64,000 bases of DNA. Origin: an uncultured Bacteroides sp. GTDB taxonomy: Bacteria > Bacteroidota > Bacteroidia > Bacteroidales > Bacteroidaceae. The notes beneath the pieces were generated by a model. The model did no database searches, was not told the origin of the DNA, and was given only the letters and a program-made list of their open reading frames with translations. The stretch's first letter is position 1. Each line of letters begins with the position of its first letter. A program made the position numbers and the translations under genes. Positions 30,222 to 40,653 of this stretch are shown piece after piece. The stretch is from assembly GCA_900759525.1 (NCBI GenBank), contig CAAEVR010000164.1, positions 2,940-66,939 on the forward strand. Reading direction: 5' to 3'.

Positions 30222-31491
30222 ATGAATAGTATTCCCGAAAATGAAAGTCTAACTGTAGAGTTCAAATCATCTTTTAATATAGAAGTGATAGAAACATTAG
30301 TAGCAGGAGACCGTTCAACAATTAGTAAACGAAGTAAAAAGTAAAACTGCTCCGATATTAATACCCGATGCTGAAGTTTCAGAATTTGAAGGGAAACAAG
30401 TTCTACAACTCTCTATACAAGAATATCCGATAAAGCCCGTATCCGTTCAAGGCAAATATTTCAAACGGATAAAGAACTCCACACATCAAATGACGATAAA
30501 TGAAGTTGTAAATATGCATTTGCAAACAATGAATTCCAGCTGGGATGCATATATAGACCCCATACATTCCATTGAAGATCTCTCATTAGAGAAAGTTCAA
30601 AAAGCAATAGACCTATTACGTTCCAGAGGACGAAATATTACCGAAGACCCTTTATCTTTTCTCGTAAAATATGATATGTTACGAGAAGAAAAAATAACGA
30701 ATGCCGCTTTTCTGCTATTTCACAAAAATGACCACATCATTTCAACCATAGAGTTCGGCTTTTTCCAGTCAGATATTATCATAAAGGATTCCTTGCGTTC
30801 TAAATCTGACATATTAACACAGATTGATGAAGTCATGAACTTTGTTAAAAAGCATATTAACAAAGAAGTCATTATCACCGGAAATCCGCAAAATACAGAA
30901 CGCTGGCAATATCCCTTAGAAGCCATAAGAGAAATAATATTGAACATGATAGTTCATCGCAATTATCAATCTCCGGCAGATTCTATAGTAAAAGTATATC
31001 CGGATAAGATTGAATTCTTTAATCCGGGATTATTACCGGAAGAGATTACCATAGCTGATCTACTCAACAACAACTATAGATCAACCCCTCGGAACAAAGT
31101 AATAGCAGACTTTTGTAAAGACTTAGGACTAATCGAGAAGTATGGTTCCGGCATTCGCAGGGTAATTACCATGTGCCAAGAAGAAGGAATGGAAATACCC
31201 AAAATCTCACAAATATCTAATGGAGTAAATGTTACTTTTATAGCGAAAGAGAAAGCTACCCCCCAAGCTACCCCCCAAGCTTTGAACGAAAATATTCAAA
31301 ATTTATACAATAAACTTATAGACGGAAAAGAATATAGCAGGGAGGAACTTATGAATATTCTGAATTTATCCGACCGTAAATATGTGCAAGACAGCTATAT
31401 CAAGCCTTTAATAGATTTAGGTTTACTTATCCTGAAATACCCCGATAAGCCTAAACATCCCAAACAACGGTATATATGCAAGAAGCAATAG
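30222..31491 (+). pseudogene. AlbA_2/Schlafen-domain + HATPase_c_4 ('RecG-like' transcriptional regulator), broken by deletion and frameshift near 30305
   Basis: Frame 1 MNSIPENESLTVEFKSSFNIEVIETLVA jumps to frame 2 ETVQQLVNEVKSKTAP..., which continues into ORF 30490-31491 (YPLEAIREIILNMIVHRNY, IEFFNPG, IEKYGSGI). The usual FANxxGG segment is missing. Confidence 0.8.
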
Positions 31492-31569
31492 CTCAGCTTC
31501 TCAGACTCAGTTTTTTTCTTGCAAGAGATGGCGAATATGCAGTCTTTCGCTTAGCATGCACTAAGCTGA

Positions 31570-32029
31570 TAAGCGTTTTGTCTGCCACTACCAGCTGGTT
31601 CCCAATCGTTCATTAATTGAACTGGGACGTTCCACTTTCGTAACAGATAGCATCCGATCGCAATTCTCCCGCTATGTATCCGCCTGGTGGGTAAAGTTGT
31701 GCCGCCAAGCGGTCAGTGGCGAAGAAATTGGCGGAGAAATGTATAACCTTGCGGGACGTTGGTGGGGTAACGTATCAAGGGATGAAAGTATTGAACTGGA
31801 TGTTGTAGCGGAAAGTTTGGACAGAAAAAAATTGCTGGTCGGAGAATGTAAATGGACGGAAGGGGAAGACGCGGACCGGCTCATCTACGAACTGACAGCC
31901 AAAGCACGAAAGCTTCCGTTCCTGAAAAGACAGGAAATTGTTCCGGCGCTGCTCCTTAAACAAAAGCCTGTCCACGGAAATAATGCTCTGGTGATAACGC
32001 CTCAACAAATCATTGATATCATCGGTTAA
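31570..32029 (+). pseudogene. 3' remnant of an archaeal-type ATPase / DUF234 PD-(D/E)XK protein
   Basis: In-frame HYQLVPNRSLIELG...GRWWG...IELDVVAES...LLVGECKW; no N-terminal ATPase and no plausible start. Confidence 0.75.
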
Positions 32030-32054
32030 AAAAGAGCTTTTAAACAGGCTTTAA

Positions 32055-32086
32055 ACTTAGTAGTAATGACTCGATTACTACTAAGT
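32055..32086. terminator. Hairpin between convergent genes
   Basis: ACTTAGTAGTAAT-gactcg-ATTACTACTAAGT, perfect 13-bp stem. Confidence 0.65.
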
Positions 32087-32100
32087 AGTTGACCGCCCTA

Positions 32101-32529
32101 CTAAGGTATCCTCTCCTTTAGTACAATCTCTTCATCACCCTTTAGCAAATAAGTATGGCAACAGTTTGCTGAAACTACATAGTTTTTAGTAACTACTGTT
32201 TTTTCTCCTATTTTACCAACAAACTGCAACTCAATCTCTTTTCCTGCAAAATCTTCTCTATCAAGATCTGAAGCGATGATATATGTATGAAATTCTTCTC
32301 CCCAGTTAGGAACATCCCGTACTTTTCCTGTAGCAACTTCTATGACTTCATAACTATCCAATACGACAGGTGTATCATCTTCGTATTTTATTTCAACTCC
32401 AATATTGCAAAACTTGTCAGTACAATTAACTTCAGAACAATCCTCGGCATCACTGTTATCTTTATCGCTACTACACCCGGTACATAAAATTGCAAAAAAT
32501 AAAGAGGCAAAAAATAATAAGTTTTTCAT
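32101..32529 (-). CDS. Hypothetical Cys-rich lipoprotein
   Basis: Lipobox CTGC followed by acidic SSDKDNSD; CSEVNCTDKFC and NCCH. Confidence 0.75.
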   Translation of the reverse strand: MKNLLFFASLFFAILCTGCSSDKDNSDAEDCSEVNCTDKFCNIGVEIKYEDDTPVVLDSYEVIEVATGKVRDVPNWGEEFHTYIIASDLDREDFAGKEIELQFVGKIGEKTVVTKNYVVSANCCHTYLLKGDEEIVLKERIP

Positions 32530-32660
32530 AAGTAATATATTTTTAGGTTTCTACTTAGATAGTAAATGCTCCCAAAGCTACAATACTGCATTCTATAAGC
32601 AAAAAAATGCCATTCTCATTTTACTATCCATATGAGATAAAAAAGCTCAATCCTTTCACC

Positions 32661-34628
32661 TCATTGAACATCCGCATATCTTTTTTCAATATTCATAAAG
32701 TTCTCCACTACCCTCCAATATTCTTCCTTATCATGTGGACGTGGTTGCCAATCAGGATCGGGACTATTACTCACAGCTTCATTCCAATTAGTATCATCCA
32801 TAAACTTATAGTCAACAGTACAAGAGGATAATTCTCTTATTGGTTTAAGGAATATATATCCATCGAACAAATCGGATAGAATAAAATCTTTATGCCCCAT
32901 TGAATAATAACTATAATCGCGTAATTCACCAATATGAGAACCTTTCAAATCAAAGCCAATGGGGTTGTTCTGAGATTTTTCCATTATTAGTTCTAACTTT
33001 CCAGCCGCTGGGGAAATTAATGTTGGTTGCTGGTTAGGATAATTAAAGAAAGGCTGGTGCAAAGCTACAGATACTACTTTATTGCCATATTTATCGTACA
33101 GCAAATTTCCTAAAAAGCGATTCTCATAACGTACAAAACCAGAAGAAGTATAATCATAATAAGGAAAACGGTAGGACGTAAATGCATGAATAGTCCCAGT
33201 CAGAACCAATATTTTCTCGTGAACAGCCAACACTTCACGTTCCAACAATGCACACCGAAAGTCTTCTGTATTCCCTAAAGGAAACACTTGCTTCATATTT
33301 TCCGGAGTTCTAGCTCCTTCAAACTTTTCCCAATTGTAGCGATAACTAATATTTAAAACACGAAACTTTTTCGCTTGCTCCGGTAATGAGTGATTCCATT
33401 CCCAAGCTGCTTTATAGAGATTCATATACTCAACTATAGCCCAACGGGTATTATAATTGAACATCAGTTGACGAGCTAAATTCTCATTATATCTTGGTGC
33501 ATTTATCAATGAATCCAATTGCTTCTGATCCTCATATGCTCCAAATTCCATACCTAACATATAGATACCATTCGCATACAACTTCGGTATCATTTTTCTA
33601 ACGAAGTCCAAATTTTCCTTAACACCATGGTCTTCAGCCAATAACACGATGTCAGCATCTTTAAACTTAGAAATCAAATAATCATCAGGCGACATATCTG
33701 TATCCTTTTTATCACAAATACAATCTTTTCTATCAGTTCCTAAAAGAAATAATAACGGATTATCTAAACGCTTATTCCAATCCACTTCAGTATGCGCAGC
33801 TCCCGGAAACACTTTAGACACCCACATTGGTCCTTTCCAGCCTTTCTTCCTCATCAATTTGTCCAGTTCATCCTGATAAGGAGAATAATAAGCATCTAAG
33901 GTAGCATCTCCTCTATCCATATAAATTATACGACTGTTAGCCGTCGGAAGGTTCTCATCAAGATAATTCCTAAAAGCTCTCGACCATTGGTCCGCTTTTT
34001 CTTTAGATAGTTCCTTACTTAAAATCATGGGAACATGAGTTGACATACATGCAGCCCCTCCAAATACTTCCGGGTATTCACAAAGTGCATATAGTGAAAT
34101 TAGGCCACCCATACTGGAGCCCATCACAAAAGTATGCTCAACACTCTTATTCGTGGAATATTCTTTATCAATAAAAGGCTTTACTTCTTCTACCAGAAAA
34201 CGAAGATAGTTATCTGCATTAAAACTAACATTCCCCGAAACTACACTATCTGGTAAATTCCTCAATGCTTTTTGAGGAAAGTAGTCTGCATATCTCGTTT
34301 CCGGGATGTTTGCCACTCCTACAACAATACAAGGCCTAATCTTCTTTTCATTCAAAAGTTTTCCAACAACTTCATCGATTCCCCATTCTTGTTTATTCCA
34401 AGTGGTATTTGCATCAAACAGCATTTGACCATCATGCATATAAAGAACATCATATCTTTCTTTTGTTGAGTAATCTGTAGGTAACCATACGAAAACATCA
34501 CGAGAAGGAACAATGGTAGAATTAAATCGATAATATTCTATAAGTTTCCCTGATGATACAGTTTGTTGAGCAATGGTCCATTGGCACAGCAACAGAGATA
34601 ATAATATAAATAAAAGTCTTGTTTTCAT
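32661..34628 (-). CDS. Fusion: alpha/beta-hydrolase esterase + EreA/ChaN/TIKI-like domain
   Basis: LYMHDGQMLFD, GSSMGG nucleophile elbow, GAAHTE; second half DIVLLAEDH...LGMEFG...GTIHAF...FDGYIFL. Confidence 0.75.
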   Translation of the reverse strand: MKTRLLFILLSLLLCQWTIAQQTVSSGKLIEYYRFNSTIVPSRDVFVWLPTDYSTKERYDVLYMHDGQMLFDANTTWNKQEWGIDEVVGKLLNEKKIRPCIVVGVANIPETRYADYFPQKALRNLPDSVVSGNVSFNADNYLRFLVEEVKPFIDKEYSTNKSVEHTFVMGSSMGGLISLYALCEYPEVFGGAACMSTHVPMILSKELSKEKADQWSRAFRNYLDENLPTANSRIIYMDRGDATLDAYYSPYQDELDKLMRKKGWKGPMWVSKVFPGAAHTEVDWNKRLDNPLLFLLGTDRKDCICDKKDTDMSPDDYLISKFKDADIVLLAEDHGVKENLDFVRKMIPKLYANGIYMLGMEFGAYEDQKQLDSLINAPRYNENLARQLMFNYNTRWAIVEYMNLYKAAWEWNHSLPEQAKKFRVLNISYRYNWEKFEGARTPENMKQVFPLGNTEDFRCALLEREVLAVHEKILVLTGTIHAFTSYRFPYYDYTSSGFVRYENRFLGNLLYDKYGNKVVSVALHQPFFNYPNQQPTLISPAAGKLELIMEKSQNNPIGFDLKGSHIGELRDYSYYSMGHKDFILSDLFDGYIFLKPIRELSSCTVDYKFMDDTNWNEAVSNSPDPDWQPRPHDKEEYWRVVENFMNIEKRYADVQ

Positions 34629-34756
34629 ACGCTAAATTATAAAATAATCACTCTCTTTTTCCATATTCTCCTGTAGCACCATTTCTTTTAAATTACTCCA
34701 ATCCAATTCAAGCATTAAAAATACTATAGGAGCAATACTTTCTTCATATCCCAATA

Positions 34757-36715
34757 TTATAATTGGAGCACAAGCACTTCTTTAGGTTGTAAATGAAGTA
34801 TTCTTCCTAAGGACACATCACCGTTCGTCAACACATTCTTCGAACTAATCTTATCTCCTATCACTTCTTTATAAGAAGCCAAGTCCAAATCAACTTCTTT
34901 ATTTATTCCATTCATTATAACCAGTATACTTCTTCCATCATAGGAACGCTCATACACATATACATTATTACGAGGCATAAAATGTTTCATCTTACCTTTA
35001 GAAATAACATCATTTCCTTTACGCCAATGCAGTAACTTGCTCATAAAATCGAAAGCTTCCTGCTGCATAGCCGTTCTTCCATTTTCCTGGAAAACAGACA
35101 TTGCATCTCCTTTCCAACCTCCCGGCATATCCGGACGTACATACCCAAAATCTATTTTATTACTACCAGACATTAGTAATTCCTGCCCATAATACAATTG
35201 TGGTATGCCCGGAATTGTCAATAACATGGTAACTGCCTGTTTATATGCATTCAAATTTTCCGGATCCTCCAACAAGAAGCGATCCGTATCATGATTTTCA
35301 AGTAGACGCATCACATTGTTTATGTCAGGATAGCAAAAATCATAAGCAAAATGTTCGAAAAGAAGCTGTAAACCAGTATCCCAGGAAGTTTCTTCATGGA
35401 AAACTTTACCAGCTATTGTTCGCAAACGAAAATCCATCACAGATTTCAGCTTTGTATTAGCTTTCTCATTAACCACACTATTTTGTTGCCAATATGCAGT
35501 ACCTACAGGGTTATTGGGAATCATTACTTCACCTACAATATTGAAATTTGGATATTCCTCAAAAACTTCTTTACACCAACGAACCATCATATCCGGATCC
35601 GGATATACATATGTATCTTGGCGAATACCATCTAAATCTGCATATTCAATCCACCAGATTGAATTCTGAATCAAATAATCAGCAAGAAAACGATTTCTTT
35701 GATTTAAATCGGGCATTGTAGGCACAAACCAACCATCCGTCAGTTCCTGCTTATCTATATCCGAAGCATAAGGATCAAAAAATACAGTTTTATTATGATT
35801 GGTCTCGATATATTTATGTGAATTATTAAACCAATTCTGCATTGGTGGATCAAGCAGCCAAGGATGATTGGTTCCACAATGATTAAAAACCATATCCATT
35901 ATCAGTTTCATTCCACGTTGATGTATAGATTCCGCCAAACAAACATAATCTTCATTAGTTCCTAAACGAGGATCTATTTTATAGTAATCCGTTGCAGCAT
36001 AACCATGATAAGAGCCTTCACCCATATCATTTTCCAAAACAGGAGTTGTCCAGATTGCCGTAATCCCCAAGCTATCCAAATAATCAAGATGTTGCATAAT
36101 ACCGGCTAAATCACCACCATGACGAGCATTTACATCCTTACGATTTACTGTATAAGGATACTTCATCTGTATATAGTCATTGCTTTCATCACCATTGGCA
36201 AAGCGGTCCGGCATTAATAAATATACGACATCAGAAGAATTAAAGCCAATCCTATCTTCTCCTTTACGTTGGCGTTCTTTCAATTCATAAGTATAATTCA
36301 GCTTACGTTTTCCTTTAATGAATTCTATCTGAAATTTACCCGGCACCGCATCTTTTACATCTAAATACAAAACCAGATAGTTTGGACTCTCCATTGGGCA
36401 GACTTCCTTTAAAACAACTCCCGTATGATTAATTTCAGGTTTATATGTTGCTATATTTGAACCATATACCATCAACTGTAAACGGGTATTCTTCATGCCA
36501 GACCACCAAAAAGCAGGTTCCACTTTTTCTATCTTCTCATTTTTCTTTCCTGAATAATGTGAAGAGAGCCAAGCTGAATTATCCTGTGAAGGAATAATAG
36601 AAGATTCAAACTTAGAATATTCAATAAGTCTTTCTGACGACATGATTTGTTTAGCAAATCCCAATTGACATAGCAATAAAGCAAAAGATAAAAATAAAGT
36701 TTTAGTTTTCATCAT
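34757..36715 (-). CDS. susA: SusA-like neopullulanase / cyclomaltodextrinase (GH13)
   Basis: IEKVEPAFWWSGMKN N-domain, YLLMPDRFANGD, YHGYAATDYY, DMVFNH, GIRQDT, VGEV, LENHDTDRF. Confidence 0.88.
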   Translation of the reverse strand: MMKTKTLFLSFALLLCQLGFAKQIMSSERLIEYSKFESSIIPSQDNSAWLSSHYSGKKNEKIEKVEPAFWWSGMKNTRLQLMVYGSNIATYKPEINHTGVVLKEVCPMESPNYLVLYLDVKDAVPGKFQIEFIKGKRKLNYTYELKERQRKGEDRIGFNSSDVVYLLMPDRFANGDESNDYIQMKYPYTVNRKDVNARHGGDLAGIMQHLDYLDSLGITAIWTTPVLENDMGEGSYHGYAATDYYKIDPRLGTNEDYVCLAESIHQRGMKLIMDMVFNHCGTNHPWLLDPPMQNWFNNSHKYIETNHNKTVFFDPYASDIDKQELTDGWFVPTMPDLNQRNRFLADYLIQNSIWWIEYADLDGIRQDTYVYPDPDMMVRWCKEVFEEYPNFNIVGEVMIPNNPVGTAYWQQNSVVNEKANTKLKSVMDFRLRTIAGKVFHEETSWDTGLQLLFEHFAYDFCYPDINNVMRLLENHDTDRFLLEDPENLNAYKQAVTMLLTIPGIPQLYYGQELLMSGSNKIDFGYVRPDMPGGWKGDAMSVFQENGRTAMQQEAFDFMSKLLHWRKGNDVISKGKMKHFMPRNNVYVYERSYDGRSILVIMNGINKEVDLDLASYKEVIGDKISSKNVLTNGDVSLGRILHLQPKEVLVLQL

Positions 36716-36736
36716 ACATAAAATAAAAGATACTAT

Positions 36737-37843
36737 TTACAAAGGTTGAACAAACAGACTAAACTCTTTCATTGCAGGAAGAACTTTGCCCGTATGATTA
36801 TCAAAAAGCCCACGATTAATCCAACCTTCTGTTACATTATTACCGCAAGCGTTTTCCTCGGGGAACCACCAAAATAATCCCGTCACGTTGGCATGACGAC
36901 GTAATTCAGCCACAAGTTCGTGAGTGAATATGCGCTGTCCTTCAGTAGTTATAGGATAGAATTCAGAATGTTCATCCGCACTTTTTGCCCATTGGTCATT
37001 CTCATGCGAATAGTAGGCGGCAGTCTCCACTATCATCACCTCTTTATCAGGAGAGTCAACAGCGAGAGAATCGAGCGTAGCAGCAAGTACCCCCACGGCT
37101 TTATGCCACATAGGATAATAACTAAGCCCTATAACATCGTAATCAAGCTTTCGTAAATGGTTATAGTAAGTTTTAGTTTTGTTCCACTCTCCTGCTTTCT
37201 CCGTATGGATGATTATCTTTGCTTTAGGACAAATTTCCCGACAAGCTTTGGCACCACTTTCCAGCAGCTTCACAAGCAAATCCCAATTTTCCATTCCAAG
37301 CGGATCCACCTTTGCCACTGGCCACAACATGCCGTTAGTTATTTCATTACCCACTTGTATGAGGTCAGGAGAAGCTCCCGCTTTCACCATAACCTCAAGA
37401 CTATTTTTAGTATATTCATATATACTATCCGGCAATGAAGCTACATCAACATTCTTCCATCTTTCAGGCATAAATTGCTTACCGGGATCAGCCCATGTAT
37501 CAGAGTAATGAAAATCAAGCATAAATTGATAACCTTCTTTTTTTATTTGCTGTCCAAATTTAGTCACATAATCTAAATCTTGGCACACTCCTTCACCTTT
37601 ATGTTCAGCGGAAGCTTTTGAAGGGTCAACAAAGAGACGAACACGGATGGCATTCCAGCCTTGCTCTTTAAAATATTCAAGAGGTTTTACCGCCCTTCCC
37701 TTTTCATTACGATATATGGTTCCAGCTTTCTCATAACTTGGCAACAAAGAAATATCACCACCCAAGAGACGTTGCTGAGCATGAACTCCAGCACATAAAG
37801 CAAACAAAAATAAGATAACGAATACTGATCTGAAATTTTTCAT
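36737..37843 (-). CDS. GH53 endo-beta-1,4-galactanase (signal peptide I)
   Basis: GGDISLL, RVRLFVDP, LDFHYSDTWADPGKQ, QVGNE (acid/base), IGLSYYP, IVET (nucleophile). Start at MKNFRS. Confidence 0.93.
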   Translation of the reverse strand: MKNFRSVFVILFLFALCAGVHAQQRLLGGDISLLPSYEKAGTIYRNEKGRAVKPLEYFKEQGWNAIRVRLFVDPSKASAEHKGEGVCQDLDYVTKFGQQIKKEGYQFMLDFHYSDTWADPGKQFMPERWKNVDVASLPDSIYEYTKNSLEVMVKAGASPDLIQVGNEITNGMLWPVAKVDPLGMENWDLLVKLLESGAKACREICPKAKIIIHTEKAGEWNKTKTYYNHLRKLDYDVIGLSYYPMWHKAVGVLAATLDSLAVDSPDKEVMIVETAAYYSHENDQWAKSADEHSEFYPITTEGQRIFTHELVAELRRHANVTGLFWWFPEENACGNNVTEGWINRGLFDNHTGKVLPAMKEFSLFVQPL

Positions 37844-37868
37844 AATGATATTAGTGATTGTTTCAATG

Positions 37869-37917
37869 AAAAAGCAAAAGCCCTCTTCCCCGTTTTTCAA
37901 TGCGAGAAAGAGGGCTT
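37869..37917 (-). terminator. Intrinsic terminator/attenuator after susF
   Basis: On the - strand AAGCCCTCTTTCTCG...CGGGGAAGAGGGCTT followed by TTGCTTTTT. Confidence 0.75.
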
Positions 37918-37980
37918 CTATAAAGTGCCAAATAATCTTAAACTTTTAAATTATTATAGATGATCTACTGTTAACCTTCA

Positions 37981-39405
37981 CTAGTTAGCGGCCTCAATCG
38001 TACAATAAGCTTTGCCTTCACAAAGAGGATAAAGATTGATGATATATTTACCAGCCGTTCCAATCTTCAGATTAGCAGCACCGTCATTAGTAGTCAGACT
38101 TTCGATAGTACCGCCCCAACTAATATCCCAAGCACCATTAGCACGGAACTTAAGTTCACCCTCAGACAGTTCAGCAGTAATAGACCAGCAATGATTTTCC
38201 ACGCTATATACCATATCCGTATCGGCATCCCAGCCACCAGAAGTGGCAGAACCAATGATACCTATCGCAATGGGAGTCAAGGTATAACTCTTTTCATTCA
38301 AGTCAACAATCACCTGATAGAAACCTGCCTCTTCGGTCATCATTATATTGGCAGCATCAGCGGCAGTATTGAAATCTGCGCCATAGTTAGTACCATTCCA
38401 ACTATCCTCCGAACTGAACTTGAAACCATTTTGGTTGAGATACATATACCCCTTGTAGATATTATTGAATTCAGGACTTGCCATCACATCAATATGTTTC
38501 CATCCGTTTGCATCACCAGCCATATAAAGATATGCAGTAGCAGGAGCAACCGAATAAGTGTAATTAACAGCATCAAATGTAACTACAAAATGCCCTTGTC
38601 CAGTAATTGTAGGAGTTTCCACATTATACACATCACCTGTCCAAACAGCAAAGTTTTCAGTCTTATCATCACCATTTACACGGCAACCAATCTGCCCAGC
38701 ATTAGCACCGTCCCAACCGGTAGCTATATCATAAGCTTCATATAGCTTAAACCAATTAGAACCTACATTCTTAGTTTCTATTGTAGCTTGATAAATCCCC
38801 TCTTTACCTTCAACTGACTTCATAGGAATAGGATTTTCTACGTCCCATCCACTACCATTTTCTACAAAATCCCCCATCAGCACATATCCATCAGCTGAAA
38901 TTTCCGGAGTAGTAATCGGAGTAAGTTTAGCTTGAGAAGTACCAGAAGTGTTTACCGCTTCACCGTTTTTCAATTTAACAGCAACATTCATATTTACATT
39001 GAGTACACGCTCTACATGAGCACGGCTGAAGAAAGCATCGCGAACAACAGAATCAAGTTCAAGAGTATTCACCTTCACAATATTCCCTTCTTTAAATGCC
39101 GCATTGATAGTCACACCGTTAATATTTATGCTGTTCATCTTAATAGAAGCCACCTCTGAATTCGATGAAGAGAGAACGGCTATTTCCACAGAGTCTGTCT
39201 TTTGCTCTTCCTCTGCGATAGTGCTGTAAAACTTATCCATGTCCACAACTGCACCGGAACCTGCAGCGAAATTGATTTCATATTTAGCGGCAGCCTCTTC
39301 GGGAGAATTGGATTGGGGCTCAGCCCAATCCGTATAATCTTCCGTACAAGCACCTAAGGTAATTCCGGCGAGGAATATACCTGCGAGTATTTGATTTTTC
39401 TTCAT
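37981..39405 (-). CDS. susF: SusF-like starch-binding outer-membrane lipoprotein
   Basis: LGACTEDYTDWAEPQSN closely resembles the B. thetaiotaomicron SusF N-terminus as recalled; C-terminal GIIGSATSGGWD, KFRANGAWDISWGG CBM repeats. Confidence 0.85.
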   Translation of the reverse strand: MKKNQILAGIFLAGITLGACTEDYTDWAEPQSNSPEEAAAKYEINFAAGSGAVVDMDKFYSTIAEEEQKTDSVEIAVLSSSNSEVASIKMNSININGVTINAAFKEGNIVKVNTLELDSVVRDAFFSRAHVERVLNVNMNVAVKLKNGEAVNTSGTSQAKLTPITTPEISADGYVLMGDFVENGSGWDVENPIPMKSVEGKEGIYQATIETKNVGSNWFKLYEAYDIATGWDGANAGQIGCRVNGDDKTENFAVWTGDVYNVETPTITGQGHFVVTFDAVNYTYSVAPATAYLYMAGDANGWKHIDVMASPEFNNIYKGYMYLNQNGFKFSSEDSWNGTNYGADFNTAADAANIMMTEEAGFYQVIVDLNEKSYTLTPIAIGIIGSATSGGWDADTDMVYSVENHCWSITAELSEGELKFRANGAWDISWGGTIESLTTNDGAANLKIGTAGKYIINLYPLCEGKAYCTIEAAN

Positions 39406-39440
39406 AATGTTTTTCTTTTAAAATAAGATTATCATTCAGG

Positions 39441-40613
39441 TTATTTTACCTCACCCGTATCTACACCGTCTTCAGTAACACCTACAGTAAGATAGAGTTT
39501 TTGGCCCGCTCCAGCATTTACGCTGTATTCAGAACCCATATCAGTGTTCCAATTGCTGGCTATATTTGCATTCTCACGCCAGAAAACTTTACCCTCCAAA
39601 AGCGTAAATTCAGTTTTCCACCAATCAAAATCACCTACTTGAGCATAGGCACGTAACTCACCTCCAGATACAAATTCAGCAGATATCCATTGACCAGTAT
39701 TATCAGCGGGAGCAACCATCGGGGCAGAAGGAGGCGTAGGAGTAAATCCTCCATTAGCATCACCTGTAACCAGAAGTTGTGCAGGATAAAAAGTCAGTGT
39801 GTAATCAATAGCTTCACCATTAATCTTACCCTTAATGTAGAGTGTATACCATCCACCATTTTTCACCTTCACATTACCACCATTATCAGAAACATCCGCA
39901 CCGACTTGATCATCAATAGTTTTAAAATCGGCATGGCCCAGCCATTGTTGAGGATAAGTTCCCCATTTGAATTCGGCATCATTAGGAAGGTAAACTATTG
40001 TAAAGAAGTTACCGGCCATACCATTAATCAGTGCCATTGGTCTCCAAGTTGTCCAAGCAGTTCCGATACTCGAACCGCATACATAGATATCCTCAGGCAA
40101 TGTAATACTCGGAGCCTGATAGGTAGCTATTACTTGAATCTTGATAACATTAGAGTAACAACTCCCCAACTCCATACCATTAACATTGGCATGTAAGCGT
40201 ACATAAAGGTCTTTCACTTCATTAGAAGGATATGTCACACCTTCATTGGCATCCTGAAACATAGTAATTACAGCATCATTCAATCTACTACCCGATACTT
40301 TAATGGTAGCAGAAGTCGAGCTTGCCACAACTTTGTACACAGGTTCTTCCGCACTGAAATCTTCAAAAGAAATCTCCACATCATAGTTAGTACTCAAAGG
40401 TATGCCACCATAATCAGGTTGGCTGGTAGTAAAAGTGAGTTGATCAGTAGTCAGCAAGTCCAATACATTATTGGCTGCGTTGGCAGGCATATTCAATACA
40501 AATCCTGTAGTATTTTCGTGGAATGTAGGATTGCTATCCATATCTTTCTCACATGAGGTGACCAACACCAAAGTAAGAACGGGCAGCAACATTCCTAACA
40601 GTATCTTTTTCAT
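39441..40613 (-). CDS. susE: SusE-like starch-binding outer-membrane lipoprotein
   Basis: TSCEKDMDSNP, ANNVLDL, SQPDYG, SNVI, DWWKTEFTL match SusE as recalled. Confidence 0.88.
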   Translation of the reverse strand: MKKILLGMLLPVLTLVLVTSCEKDMDSNPTFHENTTGFVLNMPANAANNVLDLLTTDQLTFTTSQPDYGGIPLSTNYDVEISFEDFSAEEPVYKVVASSTSATIKVSGSRLNDAVITMFQDANEGVTYPSNEVKDLYVRLHANVNGMELGSCYSNVIKIQVIATYQAPSITLPEDIYVCGSSIGTAWTTWRPMALINGMAGNFFTIVYLPNDAEFKWGTYPQQWLGHADFKTIDDQVGADVSDNGGNVKVKNGGWYTLYIKGKINGEAIDYTLTFYPAQLLVTGDANGGFTPTPPSAPMVAPADNTGQWISAEFVSGGELRAYAQVGDFDWWKTEFTLLEGKVFWRENANIASNWNTDMGSEYSVNAGAGQKLYLTVGVTEDGVDTGEVK

Positions 40614-40653
40614 ATTATTGTTTCGATTTTAGTAAATTCGGTAATAAATTCTA

